A stretch of DNA of 32,646 nucleotides from Promethearchaeota archaeon (GTDB lineage: Archaea; Asgardarchaeota; Lokiarchaeia; Sigyniarchaeales; SOKP01), in the NCBI GenBank assembly GCA_019058015.1, contig JAHLWH010000234.1, forward strand, positions 1 to 32,646, read 5' to 3'. A program made the translations under genes and the position numbers. Positions 17,921-28,000 of the stretch are shown piece after piece. Under the pieces are notes generated by a model that was not told the DNA's origin, ran no database searches, and saw only the letters and a list, made by a program, of their open reading frames with translations. How positions within the stretch are numbered: the stretch's first letter is position 1; the number at the start of each line of letters is the position of its first letter.

Positions 17921-18919
17921 TTATTTATAGGTTTGTTCCCACCATTCTTTTATTGATTCTATGTATTGATCGGTCCATAGAGTTGGCAAGTCACATCTGT
18001 GAACGCACTCCAGACATCTCTCCGGGCTAAATATTGGATGGCTAATATATTTTTCCCCCCCATCAGGAAGGACTACAACCATTATTCCCTTCTCCATCTT
18101 TCTAGCATAATCGATTGCAATTTTAATTGCAGCACCGGAACTTATTCCGCAAAAAAGTCCCTCTTGAAGGGTTAACATTCTAGATCCATGCTCAGATTCT
18201 TCAATATTCACATAAAATTTTTCGTCTATTCTTGACTCATCATATATTTTAGGTACATAAGAAACTTCCAAATTTTTTAATCCCTGAATTCTTTGTTTAG
18301 GTAAGGGTTCCACAGCTATAATTTTTATATTTGGATTATACTCTTTTAATCTTTTAGAAACACCCATTAATGTTCCTGAAGTTCCTAAACCTGCCACAAA
18401 CACATCAATTTTACCGTCAGTATCTTCAATTATTTCTTGGGCAGTATGTAAGTAATGAGCTTGAGGATTATTAGGATTTGAATATTGGTCTGGATAGAAA
18501 TATTTATCGGGGTCCTCATTAACAATTTTTTTAACATAATCTTCTGCTCCATTCATTCCATCATCTGCTGGTGTGAGTGTAATTTTTGCTCCATAAGCGG
18601 TTAAAATTTTTCGGCGTTCTACACTCATAGACTCAGGAATAACTAGCTCTAGTCGATAACCTTTAACCGCAGAAATTAAAGCAAGTCCTATACCTGTATT
18701 ACCCGATGTTGCCTCTATTATTATTTTATCTTTGGTTAGTCTCCCCTCGTTTTCCGCTTGTTGGATCATGTTAATTGCAATTCTATCTTTCACGGAACCA
18801 GCAGGATTTGCCTTTTCCAGTTTTGCAAGCATTAGGACTTCGGGATTAGGATTTATTTTGTTAATTTTTACAAGAGGGGTATTCCCAATTAGCTTTAAGA
18901 TATCGTTAAAATAACGCAT
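17921..18919 (-). CDS. PLP-dependent cysteine synthase (CysK/CysM family) with a Cys-rich C-terminal extension
   Basis: IGNTPLV, NPAGSVKDR (PLP Lys), EATSGNTG, GLGTSGT, GISSGA, LPDGGEKY; tail CLECVHRC. Confidence 0.92.
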   Translation of the reverse strand: MRYFNDILKLIGNTPLVKINKINPNPEVLMLAKLEKANPAGSVKDRIAINMIQQAENEGRLTKDKIIIEATSGNTGIGLALISAVKGYRLELVIPESMSVERRKILTAYGAKITLTPADDGMNGAEDYVKKIVNEDPDKYFYPDQYSNPNNPQAHYLHTAQEIIEDTDGKIDVFVAGLGTSGTLMGVSKRLKEYNPNIKIIAVEPLPKQRIQGLKNLEVSYVPKIYDESRIDEKFYVNIEESEHGSRMLTLQEGLFCGISSGAAIKIAIDYARKMEKGIMVVVLPDGGEKYISHPIFSPERCLECVHRCDLPTLWTDQYIESIKEWWEQTYK

Positions 18920-19093
18920 TTTATTTTTTCCACCTTAATTTTTTAACTGATGACCTTGCTTATTGACAAAAAAATCATTAAAAAGCTTTTATACTTCATA
19001 GATTTTAATAGTTTTAAAAAATTTTATTTTATAAAATATAATAAAATTACTTTTTTATTAAAAAAATAGTTAAAAAAAAAAAAAGATAAATAG

Positions 19094-20383
19094 TTATTTT
19101 TTCGTCAAATACCATAGCATTACATGGAAGCCCCAGCCTATTCCCCATCCTCCTATTGCAATAGCACTCCATAGGAAATCGGGAGAATATATTAAGTTGA
19201 GTAAGACTAGATAAATACTTGTGACGATATATACTACTGTGTGGAGAACTAACGTTTGGAGAAGGAAGCCCGTGATCGGTCTCTGGACAATGAAGAAAAG
19301 AACTCCGTGAACGGCTACACCAATAAGCCAACCCATTGTTGGATGAACTATTAACGTGGGATCTAAACCTAGACTCGTAAAATTTATTCCAATGAGTATT
19401 AGACCAACAATGTAGATAAATATATGAGCTATCCAAGACCATTGCCAGAATATCAATTCAACTGCTTTCGAATGTATTTCAAAATCTTCGAGTTCTTCCC
19501 TAGATATGCTTTTGGCGTGTTCGATTGCTTTTGGTAAGATTGAATCCCATTTATAGGTAAGAAATGCATGTATTACAATGGCAATTGCCCACAACACGAG
19601 AGGATATGTTGCCAAGAATATTGTAATTTCTGGGAAATGCATTAAATTGTAAATAACAAGCCAGATGTTGATTGCCGCATATGCAATAATATGAAATATT
19701 AACCCTAACATAACTGGCTTTTGAGTTTCCACGAAATTGAAAAGATAATAACTAAGTACATGCAGACCGACGATAATTCCCCAAGTAATTGAGTTTTCAA
19801 TTTGATTTTGTAAGTTGACAGGAAGTGTGATGGTGTATATTAGGATAGTAACAACAAGGAATAACGCTAAATGAATTATTAGGAACCAGAATTGAGAGAG
19901 TTTTGAATTAGCCATCCTTTTCAATCGTTTCTCTGGGTAATCATACTTTCCACGGATTTTAGTCATTTCCTTCTCAAAATAATTTTCCCATGTGAAGAAG
20001 CCGATAGTATGGAAAATAAAGGCTACACCCCATATTAGTAAAGGCCATGTGAACCAGATTTGAACTGGCGTGATCGAAAGATTGAGTATCATCAAATAAA
20101 TATTAACTGAAATAAAGAAAAATGCGTGATAGATATATAGAATGCCGAAGTCAGATTGTTCCTTTATTTTTGTAAGATATACAACTTTATCATTATATAA
20201 TAGATATGTTATCGCATGAAAGCCTATACCGAATCCCCAGCCGAATATAACATGCAATGGCCAGAAGTATCCTACCCCAGTGACTGCCCATATAATCGTT
20301 ACTAATGCTATTACGGCTAAATATGCAAATAAATGGAGCACAAATAGGATTCTACCTGTCTTTCCTTTTATTAAACTACTCAT
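19094..20383 (-). CDS. Polytopic membrane protein of six tandem 2TM-like hairpin repeats
   Basis: Six repeats of H-(hydrophobic helix)-loop-W-x6-H, e.g. VLHLFAY...GWGFGIGFH, IYHAFFF...IWGVAFIFH, VLHTVVY...GWGIGWGFH. Confidence 0.75.
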   Translation of the reverse strand: MSSLIKGKTGRILFVLHLFAYLAVIALVTIIWAVTGVGYFWPLHVIFGWGFGIGFHAITYLLYNDKVVYLTKIKEQSDFGILYIYHAFFFISVNIYLMILNLSITPVQIWFTWPLLIWGVAFIFHTIGFFTWENYFEKEMTKIRGKYDYPEKRLKRMANSKLSQFWFLIIHLALFLVVTILIYTITLPVNLQNQIENSITWGIIVGLHVLSYYLFNFVETQKPVMLGLIFHIIAYAAINIWLVIYNLMHFPEITIFLATYPLVLWAIAIVIHAFLTYKWDSILPKAIEHAKSISREELEDFEIHSKAVELIFWQWSWIAHIFIYIVGLILIGINFTSLGLDPTLIVHPTMGWLIGVAVHGVLFFIVQRPITGFLLQTLVLHTVVYIVTSIYLVLLNLIYSPDFLWSAIAIGGWGIGWGFHVMLWYLTKK

Positions 20384-20600
20384 TTTTTTAATACATTTTT
20401 ATTATTAGATTAAAAAATATTGGATATATGTCGTATTTATAGATGTTATTATATAAAGGTAATAGCTATTTTTTATAATATTTAATGAAAAGTATTACGA
20501 GATTCAATAATATGATGATGAAATATTGAGGGGTTTGATATTATTATGTAAATATTAAGGAATTTGATAATATTGTAAAAAAATTTTGAGAAGGTAATTT

Positions 20601-21668
20601 CTAAGAATCCCAAAAACCCCTTTTTTTTAGATATTTTCCCAAATAAACCAAGCTTAACATGATGGGAACTTCCTAGAATAATCTCATGGTCGTACCAAGT
20701 GCTGCCACCGAACCTATACCGTACATGGCAATAGCTGTGGCAATGGCAATAGCAATTCCAAAGTGGCTTGAAGAGCCAATAATGACTGTTATGATTGCTT
20801 CTCGATATTTCAATTTGGAGAGTTTTGTAATTAGTATATTGTAGCCAACTACAATCACAAATTCAATTAATAATGGAATTGTAACTAATAATAACAAATC
20901 TGGATTATTAATCAACACATTTCCATTCAATGAGAATAGAACGACTAAAGTTGTCAATAATGCAATAATAGAACTCTTTCCAATAAATGGCCGATAAATA
21001 ATATTATTAAACCATTTTTCTCCCTTGGAATTAATTAACAATTTTTTACTGACTATACCTAAGAATAATGGAATTCCGATAAAAAATAATAATGAAATTA
21101 ATAAAAGTACCCAGTCAATGGGAATATTTTGATTCCCTGTGAGTAATGTAACAATAGGAACATAAAGAAAAATTATGGTGATTGTATTTAAACTGGTATT
21201 AATCACATTTTGTTCTTGATTACCCTTTGCCATATAACCCCATACTAGGACCATTGCTGTGCAGGGCGATGAGCTAAGGAGAATAACCGCAACAATTAGC
21301 TGTTCATTACCGATTAAAAATAGATTTACCATTACCAAACCTACTATAGGAGGGATAACCCAATTGGATAAAATCGTCAATATTATTGGTTTGGGATTTT
21401 TTCTTAATTTTTTTAATTCTGATGCTTGTAGATTTAACATTGCGGGATACATCATCAAGAATAAGCAGATGCCAATCGGGATTTAAATCCCCTGAATTTG
21501 CCAAGAATTAATCGTTTCACTTATTCCAGGAATAACTTGAGAAAAAATAACCCCAATGACCATGCATAAGGCAACCCAAATTGGAAGACATTTTTCGAAA
21601 AAACCGATTCCTCTAGATCTTTCTTCTATATTTTCCAGATCTGAGCTGTTTTCAGTTCCTATCATCAT
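20601..21668 (-). pseudogene. acr3: ACR3-family arsenite efflux transporter pseudogene
   Basis: One continuous frame with two nonsense codons: TAA 21483-21485 (QGI*IPIGICLFLMMYP) and TAG 20673-20675 (TTMRLF*EVPIMLSLVYLGKYLKKRGFWDS*). Motifs FFEK.L..WV, MMYP, NWVI.P, SPCTAMVLVW, SSHF.IAIA. Confidence 0.9.
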
Positions 21669-21715
21669 GATTCTTTAAATAAATTATTTATTTTTTTTTA
21701 TGATAAAATCCTTAT

Positions 21716-21760
21716 ATCTAAAAATATGGATTCAGATTTAAGTTTATCTATATGGATTCA
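21716..21760. promoter_or_regulatory. Candidate ArsR operator region in the acr3/arsR divergent promoter
   Basis: Imperfect dyad ATCTA-N6-TGGAT (21716-21731) and an 11-bp direct repeat ATATGGATTCA at 21724 and 21750. Confidence 0.35.
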
Positions 21761-21795
21761 AAAAAATTATTAGTCATTATTTTAATACTATAATT

Positions 21796-22146
21796 ATGGG
21801 GTCAAAACATGAAGAAGAACTTAGGCGTTTAATCGAATGTATTGGAATTGATAAGAATATTGTTGAATATATTGAAGATCTAAAGAAAAAAAGGGATGAA
21901 ATTTTATTTAGAAAAGATTTTGAAGAAAATTTATCACGCCATAATGCACTCGGACATAAAATTAGATATTTAATTTATAACTTAATAAAACAAAAAGAAA
22001 TGTGCATATGCGAGTTAAATGCGATTTTAGATTTAACTCAACCTACAATTTCTCATCATGTTAAAATTTTAGAAGAAGCAGGTTTGATTATCGGGATTAA
22101 AAGTGGGAAATTCACCCATTATCAAATTAAAGAAATCTTTCTTTAA
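21796..22146 (+). CDS. arsR: ArsR/SmtB family repressor
   Basis: ALGHKIRYLI, EMCICEL, TQPTISHHVKILEEAGLI; divergent from acr3. Confidence 0.88.
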   Translation: MGSKHEEELRRLIECIGIDKNIVEYIEDLKKKRDEILFRKDFEENLSRHNALGHKIRYLIYNLIKQKEMCICELNAILDLTQPTISHHVKILEEAGLIIGIKSGKFTHYQIKEIFL

Positions 22147-22186
22147 TTTACCTAATATTATTTATTAGTAGAAGTAATATTTACAT

Positions 22187-23047
22187 CTAACATAACTCCT
22201 TGAGACGCTCGTTAAATCTGCTTGTGGAAAAAACCATTTGTTTATAGCCAAAAATAATTACAACACAAGTAATTATAATAATTTTCAAGATTAAAGCATA
22301 AATTTGCCCAAATTCGGTTAGGTAATTAGGAAATATCATCCCTGAAAGATTAATTACTGCATGTAAAATCAAAGCTGTTAACATAGATCCATTGGTATTA
22401 TTGTAAAGCCAAGTTATAAAGCATGATAGAATTATTGCTTGAATAGTTAATAACCAAAAAGGAACATAAACATATATAATTTGACTGGTTGGGAAAAAAT
22501 ACAGGGGTAAATGCCATATACCCCAAAAAAATCCAACAATAATGCTACTAAATAAAGCATTCTGTTTCATTTGTATTTTATCGAGAGCGTAACCGCGCCA
22601 GCCAAATTCCTCACGAAATGAATTAGCAAAAGGAAGTAATGAACCAATGAAATAAATTGGAATTATCCATGGTTGCATTAAATAGGGAGTTTCTGGAACA
22701 GTTCCTCCACTAATTATATTTAGTATGAAGGCACAAAAATCAATAGCAGGTATCAATAGAATGAGAGGAATCCACCAAATCTTTCCAATATCTTTATAGT
22801 TAAGCACACTTCGAATTAATTCTTTTACGCCATCTTTTCCCTTACGTAAATATACAAGTGAAAAACCAGTGATGGTTGGTCCAAATCCTCCGATAAGGTT
22901 CAATATGCCATACATACTATCTGAAAATTGAAGGTCTATTACATTAGTAGCAACTAAAACTCCAGGTAACCAAATTAACCAAGAAATTCCAAAAGTAATT
23001 ACAAAAAAATTCCATGGAAATCTGTCATCTCTTTGATTCTCATTCAT
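22187..23047 (-). CDS. CPBP (CAAX protease/Abi) intramembrane metalloprotease
   Basis: REEFGWRGY, FWGIWHLP, WLYNNT.GS, LHAVIN. Confidence 0.9.
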   Translation of the reverse strand: MNENQRDDRFPWNFFVITFGISWLIWLPGVLVATNVIDLQFSDSMYGILNLIGGFGPTITGFSLVYLRKGKDGVKELIRSVLNYKDIGKIWWIPLILLIPAIDFCAFILNIISGGTVPETPYLMQPWIIPIYFIGSLLPFANSFREEFGWRGYALDKIQMKQNALFSSIIVGFFWGIWHLPLYFFPTSQIIYVYVPFWLLTIQAIILSCFITWLYNNTNGSMLTALILHAVINLSGMIFPNYLTEFGQIYALILKIIIITCVVIIFGYKQMVFSTSRFNERLKELC

Positions 23048-23216
23048 TACCTTTCTATCTTCTTTTTACCCTTTTAAACAAAACGGAGTCCAATTTTTTA
23101 AAATGAGTTGCAAAAAAATATTTAAAAAATGAAAAATTAATCAAAGTTTTTGGACAGAAAAAAATCATAGAAAATTAATAAGAATAAAAACAGCTTTATT
23201 CTATTAATTCACGAAT

Positions 23217-23576
23217 TCAATAATTTTTGTCAATTCCTCTCTTTCTCCTTCTATATTCCATATATCTTTGCTGAACAACGGCAGCTAAAACCGCTATTAA
23301 AAAGGTTAAACTTAATAAAATAACAATAGATATTACCCAGTTGCCTGTAAATAAATTCCCTATATAAAAAAATAAAAATTGTTCAAATATTGGTCTATCA
23401 AGTCCGAGTTCTTGTAATTTTGCATTATATTGTTCTGCTGTGAAATGTGGTGGTAAATACTCTATAACAGGGTCTCCAGGCGCCATTCTTGAAATTAAAT
23501 AGGAACTAAAAAGTAAAATAAATACTAATGGCACAAATAGCAAGAACCACAATATGATTTTTTTTACCAAACTCAT
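23217..23576 (-). CDS. Stand-alone DppB/OppB N-terminal-domain membrane protein (possible fragment)
   Basis: RMAPGDPV...LGLDRPIFEQF..YIGNLFTGNW followed by only one TM helix and a basic tail; no EAA loop. Confidence 0.6.
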   Translation of the reverse strand: MSLVKKIILWFLLFVPLVFILLFSSYLISRMAPGDPVIEYLPPHFTAEQYNAKLQELGLDRPIFEQFLFFYIGNLFTGNWVISIVILLSLTFLIAVLAAVVQQRYMEYRRRKRGIDKNY

Positions 23577-23708
23577 AGATTTTAATCTCCTTTTATTTTC
23601 TTGAGTTTATAAAATGGAATTATAAATTTACTATTCAAAATATGATTTAGTTGGATTTATAAATGTTGCGACCTTTTGGAATAAAATTCTTTTAGTTTAT
23701 TCAATTTT

Positions 23709-23844
23709 TTATTTTTCAGAACATTTTACGCAAAATATGTTATTTAACTTTAAAAAGCCATTACTTGATCCCATCCAGCATTCAAGCTGATTAGCTTTTT
23801 ATTTCCTTAGCAAATTTAATATGATTATTATAGAAGTCACTCAT
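23709..23844 (-). pseudogene. Frameshifted remnant of a small Cys-containing 'CWMG' protein
   Basis: MSDFYNNHIKFAKEIK, one extra A, then ANQLECWMGSSNGFLKLNNIFCVKCSEK*. NQLECWMGSSNG matches the CopA tail [12 protein letters not shown] at 8/12 positions. Confidence 0.45.
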
Positions 23845-24000
23845 CTGAAAAAAATCTATTGATTTTCTTTATAATTCTATCTTTACTTTAATTCACTTTT
23901 AAGTAAAGGTTAAAGGATTAAAAAAAGAAGAATAGAAAAAGTGATGAAAATCCATATAGTATCTAAATAAATAGGGGTTGATCCTTATATTATTAGAAAT

Positions 24001-24849
24001 TTATCTCTTTAAATCAACTTTATTTTTTATGTTTTTGTCTATTTTTATCCAGAGCAATATAACAACTGATATATAAATGAGATAAGATAAGACCTCAATA
24101 AATGAAGGATTTCCATTATAACCAAATAATCCCTTTAGAATGCTACCAATATATCCATTTTCATGAAAGAGTGGAAAACTTCCATCAGGGTTTACTGGTG
24201 GATTAATGTCCCAAACATGCTCCATAATAATTGGAATTATACTGGCTTCCTGAAGTTCATGAAGTCCATGTGCCACCAACCCAGCAGCAAATAGAATTAA
24301 CAAGACATTAGTGATTGTAAAAAATTTCTTTAGATTAATCTTTTTTGAACCCACAAATATTATATATCCTAATAGAATCGCTACAGAAATGCCAATTAAT
24401 GCTCCAATTAGATTATTATCGGATGAATTAAATGATGCTGAGGCTAAAAAAATTACAGTTTCAATCCCTTCTCTTAAGATAGAAATGAAAACTAAGAAAA
24501 ATAAACCGAATTTATGAGCTTCAGCAATTTGTGTAGCAACTTTTTCCTCTAATTTCCTAGCTATATGAGACTGTTTCATCATCCATAGTATCATTGTAGT
24601 TAGGAGTGCTGCCCCAATTAACATTGTAATTCCTTCAAAACTTTTTTCTGCTATTCCAGTAAATCCACCAGCTATACTAAAAAACAATATTGCTCCCACA
24701 ATACTTGAAACTATCGCAGAAGCTATAGCAATAAAAATAACATTAAAGTATGCTGTTTGTTTTGTTTTAACGAGATAACTCAAAACTATTCCTACAATTA
24801 AAGCAGCTTCTAATGATTCTCTAAATGTTATTATAAAGCTTACAATCAA
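24001..24849 (-). CDS. FTR1/EfeU-family iron permease
   Basis: Two RExxE motifs (FRESLEA, LREGIET), FEG..ML, AAGL...G.HELQE, GLFGY. Confidence 0.92.
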   Translation of the reverse strand: MIVSFIITFRESLEAALIVGIVLSYLVKTKQTAYFNVIFIAIASAIVSSIVGAILFFSIAGGFTGIAEKSFEGITMLIGAALLTTMILWMMKQSHIARKLEEKVATQIAEAHKFGLFFLVFISILREGIETVIFLASASFNSSDNNLIGALIGISVAILLGYIIFVGSKKINLKKFFTITNVLLILFAAGLVAHGLHELQEASIIPIIMEHVWDINPPVNPDGSFPLFHENGYIGSILKGLFGYNGNPSFIEVLSYLIYISVVILLWIKIDKNIKNKVDLKR

Positions 24850-25001
24850 TTGTTTAACCTCAATAGTTTCTGTTTTTAAATAATAAATTACCTTATTAAA
24901 CCATGATGGCTTTAAAATATAAAAATTCCAATAAAGGGGCTTAGAAATATTTGGAATTTGATATATAACATCTATTTTTTATTAATTTTACTCGATTTAT
25001 T

Positions 25002-25031
25002 AAACAAATTAGAAAGAAACAAATTAGAAAG
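25002..25031. repeat. Perfect 15-bp tandem duplication (AAACAAATTAGAAAG x2)
   Basis: Read directly at 25002-25016 and 25017-25031 in the copA-ftr1 spacer. Confidence 0.85.
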
Positions 25032-25087
25032 AGATTTCACTCACAATTTTAATGAAGCTTAAAATTTAAAAAAAAAAAGAAATTTAA

Positions 25088-28000
25088 TTATTCTATAACT
25101 TCCATCTTAACTCCATGGTGTTCTGGGATAGGTTGCGCACCACAAGAGGCTCCCATCCAACACACCAATTGATCTCCCTCTTTATGCATGGGTTTCCCAC
25201 AGTGCATTGGGAGTTCCATTTCTTCTCCACATTCGGGACACTTCAATTTTCCCATAGTTATTTCACTATCTTTTTTTTTAATTTTTTCTTTTATAATTTT
25301 ACCTTCTTCCTTTTTTATATATTTTTCTGGGTTATTCTTAAATTCAATTTCACACGATTCATTGCAGAAATAATATTTTTTCCCTTTATATTCATATTTA
25401 ATTGACTCGCTTGGCTTTATTTTCATACCACAGACGGGATCAGTAACTAATTCTTTAGATTCAGGTTTTTTATACATTAATTTTGGATCCATATGCTTAT
25501 AATCCGCATATTTTTCAGGATTAGTTTTAAACTCTGTCTCACAAGATGAACTGCAGAAGAAAAATTTCTCACCCTTATATTCATACTCAATTGATTGACT
25601 TGGAATTACTTCCATTCCGCAAATTGGATCGATTGCTTTCTTTTCGATTAATAATTTTTCTTCTTGAATTTGTTGTTCAGTTCGCGGATCGAATCGTTTT
25701 AGGAATAATGCATTAGTGACGACCGAAACCGAGCTTGACGCCATAAATACAGCGGCCATATATGGTGGTAAGAAAAATCCCGTTAATGCATAAAGTACGC
25801 CCGCAGCCATAGGGATTCCTATGATATTATAAATAAATGCCCAAAATAAATTGGTTAGCATTTTTCTATATGTTTTTTTAGATAATCTAATTGCCGAGAC
25901 AACGTTTCTTAAATCTCCTCTCATTAAAACGATATCTGCAGTCTCAATAGCTACATCAGTTCCGCTTCCTATTGCAATTCCAACATCAGCTTGTGCTAAG
26001 GCAGGAGCATCATTTATACCATCTCCAACCATTGCAACAATGTTACTTTCATTCAATTCCTGTGTAGATTTTACGGTTTCTGCTTTATCATTAGGCAAAA
26101 CCTCTGCATATATATGGTTTTCATCAAAATCTAATTCCTTTCCTATACTTAAAGCTGTTTGCCTATTATCACCGGTAAGCATATATAGCTGAATCCCCAT
26201 GTCTCTTAATTCATTAAGGGCATATAATGCTTGATCTTTGATTTTATCTGAGATTCCAATGATACCTCTAATTTTACTATCGACACTTAACAATATGGTA
26301 GTTATTCCACTATTTTGTAACTCCTTAAATTTGTTTTCAAATAGACCTAAACCAATTTTATTATCAAGTATTAATTTTTCATTACCAATCAAAACTTTCA
26401 AGTTATCAATTGTTGTTTCAATACCTTTTCCAGGTACTGCATTAAATTCTTTTGGTTCATTTAAGTCAATCATTTTTTGATTTGCTTCTTCAATAATTGC
26501 TTTTGCAATTGTATGTTCTGAGCCCAATTCTGCGCTTCCTGCAAAGTGAAGTATTTCTTTTTCAGTAAATCCAACTTTTTTTAATTCCTTTTCCGCTACA
26601 ATTACAGAAACCTTAGGTTTTCCAATTGTTAATGTTCCCGTTTTATCAAATACGATATTATTAACATTATTTATTGCTTCTAATGAATCACCACCTTTTA
26701 CTAATATACCAACCTCTGCTCCTTTTCCAGTTCCAACCATCACTGCAGTCGGAATTGCCAAACCTAGCGCACATGGACAAGCGATAACAACAACAGAAGT
26801 GAAAACTAATAAAGACGTTTCAAGACCAAGCCCCCCAATAAAAAACCAGTAAAGAAAAGCACCAAGAGCAACCATAATTACTATTGGTACGAAATAATTG
26901 CTCACTTTATCAGCTAATTGCTGTTTTGCTGCTTTTTTACTCTGTGCCTCCTTCACAAAGTCGATAATCTGAAATAATAATGTATCTTTTCCAACCTTTT
27001 CCGTCGTCATTTTAATTAACCCAGTTTGATTAACTGTCGCTCCAATAACCTCATCTCCCACCGTCTTTTTAGCATAAACGCTTTCCCCAGTAATCATTGA
27101 CTCATCAATTTTTGTTTTTCCTTCGATGATTTTTCCATCTACCGGAATTTTCATTCCTGGTTTCACTATTAAAATATCTCCAACCTCAATTTCTTCAATT
27201 GGAATTTCTAATTCTTTACCATCCTTTAAGATTATTGCAGTTTTCGCTTGCAAACCAATTAATTTTTTTATAGCTTCAGATGCCTGACCCTTTGCTTTAT
27301 GTTCAAGATATTTACCCAATAACAGAAATGTCAAAATCATACTCATGGCTTCAAAGAATGTCTTACCTGGGATAAAAAATGTGGTCAATATTGAGTATAT
27401 ATAAGCCGTCCCTGTTCCCAATGAAACCAAAACATCCATATTAGTGGATTTATTTTTAAGAGATTTATAAGCCCCGATAAGAAAAAAAGATCCTCCTATA
27501 GCAAAATTTGCGCTTGCTAGGAAAAATAAAATTAGTTTAATTGTAAAAGATGACTCTACAAACCAACTAATTGGAGTTATAATTAACGAGAGAATAGCAG
27601 ATATAATAAATCTATTTAATCTTTTTTTTTGTTCCTTTTGCTGAACTTCAAATTCCTTGTCAATCACACCAGCAGATTTTTCTATTTTATAACCAAAATT
27701 CCTAATTGCAGATATTAATTTTGATTCATTTATTTCAAATTCATTAAATTCAAGGAAAACTTTTTTTGCTTGATAATTCCCACGAATCTCATAAATTCCT
27801 TTTATATTTTTTGCGTTTTCTATTAAATTATCAAAATTTTTCTCTGAAATATCATCGGTGATTACAACATCAATTCTCGAAAGATTCGCTCGATATCCTA
27901 AATTGATTATTGCTTGGCGAAATTTAAAGAAATCAACTTTGTTTGGACTATATTCTATATTTGCTTCCTCATTAGTAAAATTTACAACAGATTTTTCAAC

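Noticed and set aside
20500-20545. ATGATGA box-C-like motif with flanking TCAATA/TATTGA
   Set aside because: No downstream CTGA D box, so not supportable as a C/D sRNA
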